A stretch of 64,000 nt of DNA from Owenia fusiformis (taxonomy: Eukaryota): NCBI GenBank assembly GCA_903813345.2, contig CAIIXF020000001.1:34596001-34660000 (forward strand), written 5' to 3'. Numbering within the stretch: position 1 is the first letter of the stretch; each line of letters starts with the position of its first letter. The notes beneath the pieces were generated by a model, which worked only from the letters and a program-made list of their open reading frames with translations, did no database searches and was not told where the DNA came from. Below are positions 1-12,500 of this stretch, one piece after another. Position numbers and translations under genes: made by a program.

Positions 1-159
1 TATTTTTGAAAAATTGTTTTTTTAATGTTGAAATTTTTTAATTTTGAAAAATTACAAGTATTCGACGGTTTGGGGATTTTTTGCTAAAATATGATACCTT
101 TACTTATCAAATATGTTCACGTGATATCCGATTACATATTCGTCCAATCATTATATTAT

Positions 160-510
160 TTGGACTAACAGAACAATTGTTAACCTCTCTTTTCGGTCAA
201 CTGGCAAAAGTGTCCTCGACCTCTGGTCTTCATCAACAGTACTTTCAAGGTTTACAGTATCGGTATACAATTTTGCCAGTTGACCTTTAGAGAGGTCTAC
301 AATTGTATATTATATCCTTCAAATTATTATATTCTTCGGACTAACAAACAATTGTTAACCTCTCTATTCGGTCAACTGGCCAAAGTGTATACCTCAACAG
401 TAAACCCTGAGAGTACTGTTGACCTCGACCTCCGAACTTTCAAGGATTACAGTATTGGTATACAATTTTGCCAGTTGATCTCAAGAGAGGTCTACAATTG
501 TATATTGTAT
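160..510. repeat. Two tandem copies of a roughly 175-bp unit
   Basis: GGACTAACA..ACAATTGTTAACCTCTCT..CGGTCAACTGG..TATACAATTTTGCCAGTTGA..AGAGAGGTCTACAATTGTATATT at about 162-311 and 338-507. Confidence 0.8.
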
Positions 511-2114
511 ATCTTTTGTTATCCCACCCAAAGTATGATGTCATATATCAAGTTGAAGAGTTGTATACGCTGCTCAGGAGTTTACGCTATCCAGGAGTTG
601 TACATCGTTCTCAAGAGATGTATGTTAATATTGCAGTTATACAATGCTATTATATAAAGGTTATTTACTGAGAGGGATTCAATATTGGTTTTATTCCGAG
701 AGACAATATGATATTTCCCGAGGGCCTGGGATATCTGGGATAACTGTACCCCTATCAATTTACCTTTTCGGGCCCTTAATCTTATCACTTTTGTTTACCT
801 TTTTACTCAGTCGGAGAGAAGGAATCCAAAGAGAGCAATAATTCTACATGTGCGTCGTGCAAGATTTCCATTAAACGTGTAACTAAACGGCCTCTCTAAT
901 AAAGTCAATTAGACGTTTTTACACGTTGGCTCTCCAAATTGGAGGAAATAAAGAATCATATCATATTATATCATAGATGAAGCAATCATCCCATCAACAT
1001 AAGCTCACGCATGTCACAGTTAAACTGTTTTAGTTATAATTTGATAAACAGTGGTAACGTACATCTACTAGTTTATCACTGTTCCACAGATGGATGACAG
1101 ATAATTTCCAATAGCTCGTTATGTTTACCGAGAACGAAAGATGTTTGTCCACCATTTTGAATGATACTAACTGGAGTCAGGGTCATTAAGCTATGGAACA
1201 GTGGTTTATGAAAATAGATTGGGTTGCTAAAGCTTGCCATGTTAAAGGCGATTGAACTATGTTATAGAACAACGTCCAGTACATTATAATATTTAAAAGT
1301 ATAAATTTTTGAAAATACATATAAAGGATCTTCGCCCACAGGACGTGTATTTTGAATGCCTTGAGAAGAACGCAAATATGGGAAATGGGTAACGGTGTTG
1401 CAATGGTAGCATTTAAAAATCTGTTCCTCTCGAGATCTATGGTCTTCTGAAATTATACTATTAATTGGTGTTGCTGCATCATTGCTCAAATCTAGAGGAG
1501 TGTTGTTGCATCTTCGGTTTGGTGTTGTTGCATCAATAGTGAGGAACTAAAACCGTGAACTTATTGCTTCTTGGTGATGGTACATGTATACTAATGACAG
1601 TTTCTTTAAATATAGATCGTGCGCTAACTGCACGTGTATGGTTATTGAGCAACTCGTCCTAGAAATGGGTTTAAATTGGGGAAACAAAATATCGTACGAA
1701 AATCTATCACCGGAAGTCTGGCCATCTTGATGCAACAACACGGTCAACAACACGGTGTTGTTGCATCACGATACCCCCCAGTGGGTATTGGAATAAGTTG
1801 AAATGTGATGTAAATAAATGTTACTGTTATCGAATGTGTGAATAAACACAGCTATAGATGTGATCAAACATACACAGCATGTTCTGGATAGATACGTGAA
1901 TCATGTACCATGAGAGCAATAAAAAAATTTTGATTGGATTTCGATAACGGGCCTTGTACGAGCTTGTACGGGCATCGAAATAACGAGCCTCGTACATGCT
2001 CGTACGGGCCTCGAAAACAAACTCCGTACGAGCCCGTACAAGGATGGTGCTCCTTTTTGCCCGTAATGACTCGTAATTTTCGAGGCTGTACTAGCTCGTA
2101 CGGGGCCCGATGTA

Positions 2115-2316
2115 ATACACTTACTACGTATACTACGCTACTACGCTGGGGTTGGGTCAAGCTAGGAGCATACTACACTTACTACACTTACTACGTATAC
2201 TACGCTACTACGCTTGGGTGGAGTCAGGCTAGGAGCATACTACACTTACTACGTATACTACGCTGGGGTGGGGTCAGGCTAGGAGCATACTACACTTACT
2301 ACACTTACTACGCATA
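2115..2316. repeat. Short (3-unit) copy of the same ACTAC/GGGGT minisatellite
   Basis: Same unit sequence as 16922-19440, same orientation. Confidence 0.92.
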
Positions 2317-4538
2317 CACAAGACAAAATCGTGTTTAATAACTAGCAATACCAATGTTACAACCATCTTACCCGGTCCTTAGTACTCGCAATCCTTGATT
2401 ATTGATACACTTATTTGGAAGGTTATTTGAGCTTACCCGTTGGTATTGATACACTTATCTGTGTTTTTTAGGCCCGAATACTGAGGTTTATTTTTTTAAT
2501 TATTGAGTCTTATTCTATTGCATTAATATGTAGTTGACTTTGTAACTACGGACGTGATATGATAGGTCTATTACATAATATGTATATATAAATATCGTGA
2601 TGATTAATGAATCTAGATGAAGACTAATCATTAAAACAAACTTAGACGACATTTAATATTTAAAGTGTGCGCCTGATCCGGCTACGTATAGCACAGAGTT
2701 TATACTGGCGGATTAGACTAGTTCATTTTTTATATGTGTGTGAAAGCTTTCTCTTATTTGCGTTTTTTTCGTTTAGTACGGTTTTGTTATAATTGCCGAG
2801 GTCATATAACCGGGATAAAACAATGATTATCGTTGACTGCCCACGCACAAAACATACGTTGAGTGAACAGTGTTATTACAAACAGGCTTTAGAATACAAA
2901 GCGTAGTGTGATAATAAGCTGCACACTACCACTGCTGCATGTACATATTACTAATTTACTAGGGCTCCCAAAGAGTGGATAGGGAGGTTGTGTTTGTCAC
3001 TTTTAAATTTTACATTTCAAAATTGTCATTTCACATGTCATAATTTGTTGGTTTCATTCGTTTAGCCAATCAAAACATTGTAAAACAATAAATTGTCTGT
3101 TACGTACAATCAATTTTGTTCAGTTTTGATTAGTTGTCAGAATAAAGTTACGTTCATCTGAATCCATGTATCAAAACAAAAATCCTATTTTCACTTCAAA
3201 ATACTTCAGTGAGATGAAGGCTCGGAATTGTCACATGCAATAACTTATTGTCGTATTCGTTATTTTATCTTCTCGATAGTAGCATTTAGTCGCACATTTG
3301 ATGCCAGGTCACCTTGTCGCGTACCTCTTGGGGAACCCCACATTTATGTGTGTACTCACTACTCATGGAAGTAAATTCCCCGGTGTAGCCGAGAGCCACA
3401 AACTTTTCAACAGGTTCGAAATGACCAATTTCTCTCATATATACTCTAAATATTTTATTATTTAGCACCTACAAAGTATTGCTAATAACCATATGTAATT
3501 TCAACAAGGAAACTTATCTGGCTACATATAAATTCAATATCAACACTAGCTGTTCTCTCAACACGTCCTGGCTTACCTTGTGGTGACAAACCCTGGATTT
3601 TCGCTATTTATAGTTTATCAACACCTGGACGCATGCGCATTTTATACTTTATCGGGCACTTTAAAGAAAAATGATTTGATAGATAACTTATGCATGTATA
3701 AGTCTCTTAGTAAAAAAAATTAAGGGAAGCGGGTTTCGTGATTTAACAGAGGACAACAAGGTATCAATGTTGTTGTCTACGATCCCGGGTTTACGCTATT
3801 TATTTACAGTTTGTAGATTAAAGATCCTTATTTAAAGACAACGTCGTCTTTATGAATTATTTAAGACATCAGTAGTCACAGAAATTGATTATCCGAAGAG
3901 GATACCGAGTTCTGACCAGCAGACGAACAATTGCAGACATGGGCTTAGTTTGTTTATTTAACAGTTAGATTTGTTGACTTACTGATCCGTATTGTAATCT
4001 CTGGGAAGACGTTATTTTTATTTATTCTATACTTTGTATTTGCGTCCAATGTAATAAAGTTGATACTTTTATGAACAAGAGTTTCATTTTAATGGCCATT
4101 TTGTATGCCTTTTATTTCCACACCATGTTTTGATTTTGCCTCGATGTTATTGTGTCATAGTGTTTTTGCTATAAAATTCAAGAAATGTCAACTTTTTAAT
4201 TAAGGAATGTTGGTTACTCTCTTGTGGTAAATCAAATTGTTGATGATGTCAACGGATCATGAGATAACACATTGTCCGGGGAAAGATATCAATATCAGTT
4301 GTATATCGGATAGAAAAATAAATATTATAGTAGATGCTAATTGTTTGCTCTGAAATAATGTGACTAATGACTATTCCAGCGAATCAGGTAGATATTTCAA
4401 CGGTTTTCGCGTAATGAAAGAATTTAGTTTTCGTTTCTATTAATTTGACAAGTAGGGTCGTTGATAAACACATATAAGTATTTATTGGAAGTACTTGTTT
4501 TAACAGTCTTTTCGCTTCTCCTTTTGTCTCTCGACAGG

Positions 4539-4772
4539 CATAGGCGTAGCCAGGGGGGGGGGGGGGGGTTGCAGTGCATAACCAATAAAATAGAACCAAG
4601 AAATAGAAGAAGAGATAGAAGCTTCAAGCTCAATTTTGAAGGAAGTTGCATCTTTTGGCTTGCTTTTGCCACGATCGCAACCCCCTCCCCCGACTGAAAA
4701 CCGTTATTGTTTTTTGGAGATCGCCCCCCCCCCCCCCCCCCCCCCCCCGACTGAAAGTTGTCTACGCCCCTG
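4539..4772. mobile_element. hAT-like MITE with poly-G/poly-C tracts
   Basis: CATAGGCGTAGCCAGG...GTCTACGCCCCTG termini; internal sequence (GATCGCAACCCC, GACTGAAAACCG) shared with the 6525/14633 element; TSD not clear. Confidence 0.65.
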
Positions 4773-5166
4773 AACATGGATAATAGGGGCACTATTACGC
4801 TGCGTGCAGAGTCTAATTATAAACTACGAGAAGACGAAACTCTCATTTAAGAAGTGAAGTCGAACAAATGCAAAGGGTAGGGTATTATAGAAGGGGATCA
4901 TGTAAAAGCACGATCTATTTCAAAACGCCTTTAACTTTTGTTCTTCAACTGTTGCCCTTTGTGCATTTCAAAAATAAAATATCTTAATCCGATTTGTTCC
5001 ACCTTTCTTTTCGCTCAGTTCTGCAATATTATCGTTATGTCCATATGTTGTTTAGGATTATGTCATTTGCGAAATAGCTGTAAGACATTATGAGAATGAA
5101 GATGGGAGTTTCCACGATAATGTTGTTCACATGATTTTATACACATACCTGCATAACAATCGGAGA

Positions 5167-5828
5167 CAGAAGTCTTAATATTGTCCAATCAAAAAATAAG
5201 AATCTAACATTTAATGATAACAAAAGGATTAATTGCTTAGTTCTCTTTGTCTTAGTCTTTGTTTTCTTAAATGCGGAAGTGTACCAACATCACCTAGATT
5301 ACATAAGAGATCATCTAACAGTCTAAAATTGCTCTTAATTGCAAGTTAATGCATTCCGATCAAAATTTGTATACCTGTAATTTGGGGGGGGGCGATGTTA
5401 CATCACATAACTACAACGTTCATATAGAAATATACAATAAGCATGTCCGTATAAAAGCTAAAATTATAAAAACTCATTTCAAAGTCATTCTGTTCATGGA
5501 AGCGTCAAGTTATGAAAAACAATGCTAAACACTCAAACAAGTCGACTTGATTACCTTTGAAAACTTCTTGAGAGGAAATGGACAAATGTATTTTTCGAAC
5601 TCATTAGCACGTCTGTCTGATTGAAATACTATTTTTTAAATACAAACATAAATGATTTAATCTTGGTCAGAAGTCTGAACATTGTCCAACAAAATAATAA
5701 GAATCTAACATTTAATGATTACAAAAGGATTAATTGCTATATAGTCTTTGTTTTTCTAACGGCGGAAGTGTACCAACATCACCTTGATTACAGAAGAGAT
5801 CATCTAACAGTCTAAAATTGCTTTTAAT
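5167..5828. repeat. Direct repeat of about 170 bp (5167-5340 and 5668-5828)
   Basis: CAGAAGTCT..AATAAGAATCTAACATTTAATGAT..GCGGAAGTGTACCAACATCACC..GAGATCATCTAACAGTCTAAAATTGCT occurs twice, about 500 bp apart. Confidence 0.85.
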
Positions 5829-6524
5829 TCCCGGGTTTTAATTACGTTTTATGAATAGACTTTTTTGCCTCTATTCTCATTTTTAAATCTGTTTCTGTCT
5901 GCGTATTTAACAATTGTGATAAATTATTCAGTTAGTGTCGAAATCAAAACAATTTTCTACATTTAATTTAATAGTCCCCTCCTCTTGCACTGACTAAATA
6001 TTAAAATAAGCCAGTCTGATTGCGAATTTACAAATCCTGTAAAAGTAGCTTCAAACCGCCTTTTAATCAGAGAAAACAATAAGTTAATTCATCTGATTGC
6101 GAAAATACGAATCAATCTGATTATCTGATCTCCATGCTATTTGATTCGTGCATTATCTACAAGTCAGTCGGGCAAGGGTGAAATTATTTCATTTGAAAAC
6201 AGAAATAAATATCAGAACCCCTCTAGCATAACTATTCGGAAGAAATTCATACAAAAATAAGGTACACAACTGATGAAGGGTCGCACGCAATGCACGCGCA
6301 CCTCTCCTCCTCCTCCGTGTTTGCCCACACACGACCATATTTGACAATTTTTCTAAAAGCGTTTTCCCCGGGAATATAGGTGAAGCGGTTGCCAGAAGTC
6401 ACACAGCTTGGGAGTCAGGGTATCCTGATCCATGCCTCAACGCCTGACGGGTCTGATATTTAGACTAAGAGGGGGTGCAAAAATTATTAGGGGGCGGGGT
6501 AAACGTGAAAGTTTCCAAAATATC

Positions 6525-9500
6525 CAAAGGCGCAGCCAGGAGGGGGGGGTGCGATCGCAACCTCCCCCATAACAATAAAAACTAGACTTTGGAAATTGAA
6601 CGAAGTTCAATTTCAGACTCCAGATCTAGACTTTTTGGCCGAGTCATCCAGAATAAGCAGAGTCATCCAAAATAAGCTGAGTCATCCAGAAAAAGATGGA
6701 TGGATGAAAAAGGAAGGAAGGATAGGCTAGAATAGGAAGGAACGATAGGATAGGATAGGAAAGAATGATAGAATAGAATATGAAGAAGGAATAGAATAGG
6801 AAGGATAGGAAGGAGAGGATACGAAGGAAAGGTAGATAAGAAGGATACGATAGGATCACAAAGGAAGGATGGATGCATTTTTCAATATTTTCTTCTCTAC
6901 TCTTGACTTTCTATCAGGATACCATCAGATCGATTTTTCTCGAAATTTCAAAATGCCATAACTTTCGAATCGGAAGTCGGATCGAAATTTGGTTTGCAGA
7001 CTCAGATTCCTGAGAAAATTCTACCCTTAATTCATAACTCATATGTTAAATTTGGAGAACTTTTTATTTTGACCTACTTTTCGGACACCATATCTCAAAA
7101 GTGGGTAGAAATACTTTCTGACGGCAAAAGGCTAACACTATTAGCACACTTTTTCCTACCTTTATACAAAATTTTGAAGCAAATCATTCAAACATAGTGT
7201 CAGAATCGCAAAAATAAGGAAAAACTATGAATTTGACCTAGATTTTGACCTGGGGATTTTGGTGTCCAAATTTTGAAGTAAGGTAGCCTTCGAGGTCCCC
7301 TTCTTTCATAGGCTTTCATTATTTTAAGCTGTACTTAGTCTATATCTCGAATTTTACACTTCAAAAAAATCTTTTTTCCCATTGACATAACATGTGGCAC
7401 CAAATTTAGCGATTTTTGAGCTTTCAAAATGTCATAACTTCCGAACAGGAAGTCGGATCGAAATTTGATTTGCAGATTCGGATTCCTGAGAAAATTCTAT
7501 ACTTAATTCATAACTCAAACGTTAAGTTTGGAGAATTTTTTATTTTGACCTACTTTTCGGGCACCATATCTCAAAAGTGTGGCAAAATACTTTCTGACGG
7601 CAAAAGGCTTACACTATAAGCACACTCTTGGCTACATGTATACAAAATTTCTAAGAATATAATCAATCTGTAGTGTCAGAATCGCAAAAATAAGGAAAAA
7701 CTTTGAATTTGACCTAGATTTTGACCTAGGCATTTTGGTGTCCAAATTTTTATGAAAAGAAGGTTTTGAGGTCCCTTTCTTTTATGGGCTTCCATTATGT
7801 TTAGCTGTGCTTAGTCTGTATCTCGTATTTTACACTTCAAAACAAATAATTTTCCCATTGAATTAACATGGGGCACCAAATTTAGCGATTTTTGAATTTT
7901 CAAAACGCCATAACTTCTGAACCGAAAGTCAGATCGAAATTTGGTTTTCAGATTCGGAATCCTGAGAAAATCACCTATATAATAAGACTGATATCCTGGA
8001 CATTGGATTCGGAGAATTTTTTTTTGGACCTCGTTTTCGGACACTAATATCTCGAAATCGGTTTGAGATACCAAAAAACTAAATCGACCCTAGATTTTCT
8101 ACTTTTTTTATGAGGAACACAATGAAAAAAACCCGGATCAAAAATATTGAAGGACGACCGAGAAAATCGAAAAAAGTGACAAAGTACTGGATTTGACCTA
8201 GTTCTCGACCTTTGACCTAGATAAAAATTTGACCCAATTTCCCACCAACTAGATACTGAACCTAAATGAACTGTATAATGGTCTTTACTGAATACCTTAT
8301 AGTTATTGAAAAAACTCTTAAAGAAAAATAATAATAACTAGACCTGGGAAATTGAACAAGTTCAATTTCAGACTCCAGATTCTTCTGGGGTTTTTAAAAA
8401 GACAGATGGACAGACGGATGGAAGGACGGACTGGCTGGACTTGGACTGGACCTTGACTGGATTTGAACCTTGACTGGATTGAACCTGGGCTGGTCTTGGA
8501 CTGGACTTAGACTATACTTGGACCTGTACTGGCCTTGGAACTGGACTGGAATTGACCTGAACCTGGACTTTGACTGGACTGGAACCTGATTTGGACTAAG
8601 ACCTGGACTTGGACCTGTAAATGGACTGGACAGGTATTTTTTCGATTTTTTCTTCACTTCTCTTGACTTTCTATAAGGCTATCATCAGATCGATTTTTCT
8701 CGAAATGCCATAACTTTTGAACAGGAAGTCTGATCGAAATTTGATTTGCAGATTCGGATTCCTGAGAAAATTCTATCTTTAATTCATAACTCATACGTTA
8801 AATTTGGAGAACTCTTTATTTTGACCTACTTTTCGGACACACCATAACTTCCGAACCGGAAGTCGGATTGACATTTGGTTTGCAGATTCGGATTCCTGAC
8901 AGAATTCTACCCTTAATTCATAACTCATATGTTCAATTTGGAAAACTTTTTATTTTGACCTACTTTTCGGACACCATATCTCAAAAGTGGGCCAAAATAC
9001 TTTCTGACGGCAAAAGGCTAACACTATTAGCCCACTCTTGGCTACATATATACACAATTTCGAAGAATATAATTAAAGTGTAGTGTCAGGATCGCAAAAA
9101 TAAGGATAAACTATGAATTTGACCTAGATTTTGACTTGGGGATTTTGGTGTCCAAATTTTGAAGTTAAGTAGCCTTCTTTCATAGGCTTTCATTATTTTA
9201 AGCTGTACTTAGTCTAAATCTCGTATTTTACACTTCAAAAAAATCTTTTTTCCCATTGCCATAACATGGGGCACCAAATTTAGCGATTTTTGAGCTTTCA
9301 AAATGTAATAACTTCCAAACCGGAAGTCGGATCGAAATTTGGTTTGCAGATTCGGATTCCTGAGGAAATTCTATACTTAATTCATAACTCAAACGTAAAA
9401 TTTGGAGAATTTCTTATTTTGACCTACTTTTCGGACACCATATCTCAAAAGTGGGGCAAAATACTTTCTGACGGCAAAGGGCTATCACTATTAGCACACT

Positions 9501-12500
9501 CTTGGCTACATGTATACAAAATTTAGAAGAATATAATTAATCTGTAGTGTCAGAATCGCAAAAATAAGGAAAAACTTTGAATTTGACCTAGATTTTGACC
9601 TAGGCATTTTGGTGTCCAAATTTTGAAGCTAGATGGCTTTTTAGGTCCCATTCTTTTAAAGGCTTTCATTACATTTAGCAGAACTCGGTCTATATTTCGT
9701 ATTTTTCACTTCAAAAAAATATTTTTTCCCATTGATTTAACATCGGCATCAAATTTAGCGATTTTCGAGCTTTCAAAACGCCATAACTTTCGAACCGGAA
9801 GTTCGATTTGAATTCGGTTTTCAGATTCGGAATCCTGAGAAAATTTCCTATAAGACTAATATCATGGACATTTGATTCAGAGAACTTTTTTTTGGACCTC
9901 GTTTTCGGACACTGATATCTCGAAATCGGTTCGAGATATCAAAAATCTAAATCGTATTGCGTTTTTCTACTTTTTTATGAGGAACACAATGAAAAAACCC
10001 GGATCAAAAATATTGAAGGACGACCGAGATAATGGGAAAAAGTGACAAAGTACTGGATTTGACCTAGATAAAAATTTGACCCCATTTCCCACCAACTAGA
10101 TACTAGACCTTATTTGACCATATAATAGTCTTGAAAAGATACCTTATAGTTATTGAGAAAACGTGCACAGTAAAATAAGAATAAGAATAAGAACTAGATT
10201 TTGGAAATTGAACGAGTTCAATTTCAGACTCCAGATCTAGACTTTTTTAAGCCCAGTCATCCAGAATAAGCCGAGTCATCCAGAATAAGCTGAGTCATCA
10301 AAAATAAGCTGAATCATCCAGAAAAAGGTTGATAGGCGGATTGAATAGGAAGAAGGAATAGGATAGAATAGGAAGGAACGATAGGATAGAATAGAAAAGA
10401 AGGATAGGAGAGAATAGGAAGAAAGGATAGGATATGGAGGATAGGAAGTAAAAAATATGAAAGAAGGATAGATAGGAAGGATAGGATAGGATCAGATAGG
10501 AAGGATAGGATCAGATAGGAAGGATAGGATAGGATCAGATAGGATAGGAATGATGGATGGATGATGGATATCATCAGATCGATTTTTCTCGAAATTTCAT
10601 AATTTCCAGACCGGAAGTCAGATCGAAATTTGGTTTGCAGATTCGAATTCCTGACAAAATTCTACCCCTAATTCATAACTCATACGTTAAATTTGGGAAC
10701 TTTTTATTTTGACCTACTTTTTGGACACGCCATTGCTTTCGAACCGGAAGTCGGATCGAAATTTGGTTTGCAGATTCGGATTCCGGACAAAATTCTACTC
10801 CTAATTCATAACTCATACATTAAATTTGGAGAACTTCTTATTTTGACCTACTTTTCGGACACCATATCTCAAAAGTGGGTCAAAATACTTTCTGACGGCA
10901 AAAGGCTAACACTATTAGCACACTCTTGGCTTCTTATATACACTATTTCGAAGAATATAATTAAAGTGTAGTGTCAGAATCGCAAAAATAAGAATAAACT
11001 ATGAATTTGACCTAGATTTTGACCTAGGGATTTTGGTGTCCAAATTTTGAAGTTAGGTAGCCTTCGAGGTCCCCTTCTTTCATAGGCTTTCATTATTTTA
11101 AGCTGTACTTAGTCTATATCTCGTATTTTACACTTCAAAAAAATCTTTTTTCCCATTGACATAACATGGGGCACCAAATTTAGTGATTTTTGAGCTTTCA
11201 AAATGTCATAACTTCCGAACCGGAAGTCGGATCGAAATTTGGTGTGCAGATTCGGATTCCTGAAAAGATTCTATACTTAATTCATAACTCAAATGTTAAA
11301 TTTGGAAAAAAAAAATTTTTGACCTACTTTTCGGACACCATATCTCAAAAGTGGGGCAAAATACTTTCTGACGGCAAAAGGCTAACACTATTAGCACACT
11401 CTTTGCTACATGCATACAAAATTTCGAAGAATATAATTAATCTGTAGTGTCAGAATAGCAAAAATAAGGAAAAACTTTGAATTTGACCTAGATTTTGACC
11501 TAAGCATTTTGGTGTCCAAATTTTGAAGCTAGATGGCTTTTGAGGTCCCATTCTTTTATGGGCTTCCATTATATTTAGCTGAACTCAATCTATATTTCGT
11601 ATTTTTCACTTCAAAAAAATCTTTTTTCCCATTGACTTAACATGGGCACCAAATTTAGCGATTTTTGAGCTTTCAAAACGCGATTACTTCCGAATTGGAA
11701 GTCTGATTCGAATTTGGTTTTCAGATTCGGAATCCTGAGAAAATTTTCTATAAGACTAATATCATGGACATTTGATTCGGAGAACTTTTTTTTGAACCTC
11801 GTTTTCGGACACTGATATCTCGAAATCGGTTTGAGATATCAAAAAACAAAATCGATACTGGGTTTTCTACTTTTTTATAAGGAACACAATGAAAAAACCC
11901 CGGATCGAAAATATTAAAGGACGACCGAGAAAATCGAAAAAAGTGACAAAGTACTGGATTTGACCTAGTTCTTGACCTTTGACCTAGATAAAAATTTGAC
12001 CCAATTTCTGAGGAACTAGATTCTGGACCTAAATTGACCAAATGACTGACTTTACTAAAAACCTTATGGTTATTGAGAAAACTGGTTTAGAATAATAAGA
12101 ATAAGAATAAGAAAACTGACGAAAACAATAGACTCCAGATTTTATCTGGAGTCTAATAATAGGATTTGGCTATACGCGTTTCGAGGGTAATGGCTCTACG
12201 GACGCTTTGAGGGCCTATAACGGTCGATTAAAGGACGGGTAATCGTCGGAGGTAGCTGGGGATAATGCCTGGCTCGTGCTTTGCGGATCCGTCGAGGTCA
12301 AAAAATAGTTCTTCAAAAAATAGGCCTTCCAGACGTCCATATAGGGCTTTCGACATAGATTCGAGCAGCGTACGTATCGTTCTACATTCCGCAATCGTTA
12401 GTTGGACGAAGGGAAATGTTGTTTTAGAAATGCTCTAGTCATCGTTCTGGCCTATTTTCTTTCAAATGTCTGTTGTTCGCAGAGATACGTATACATCGTG

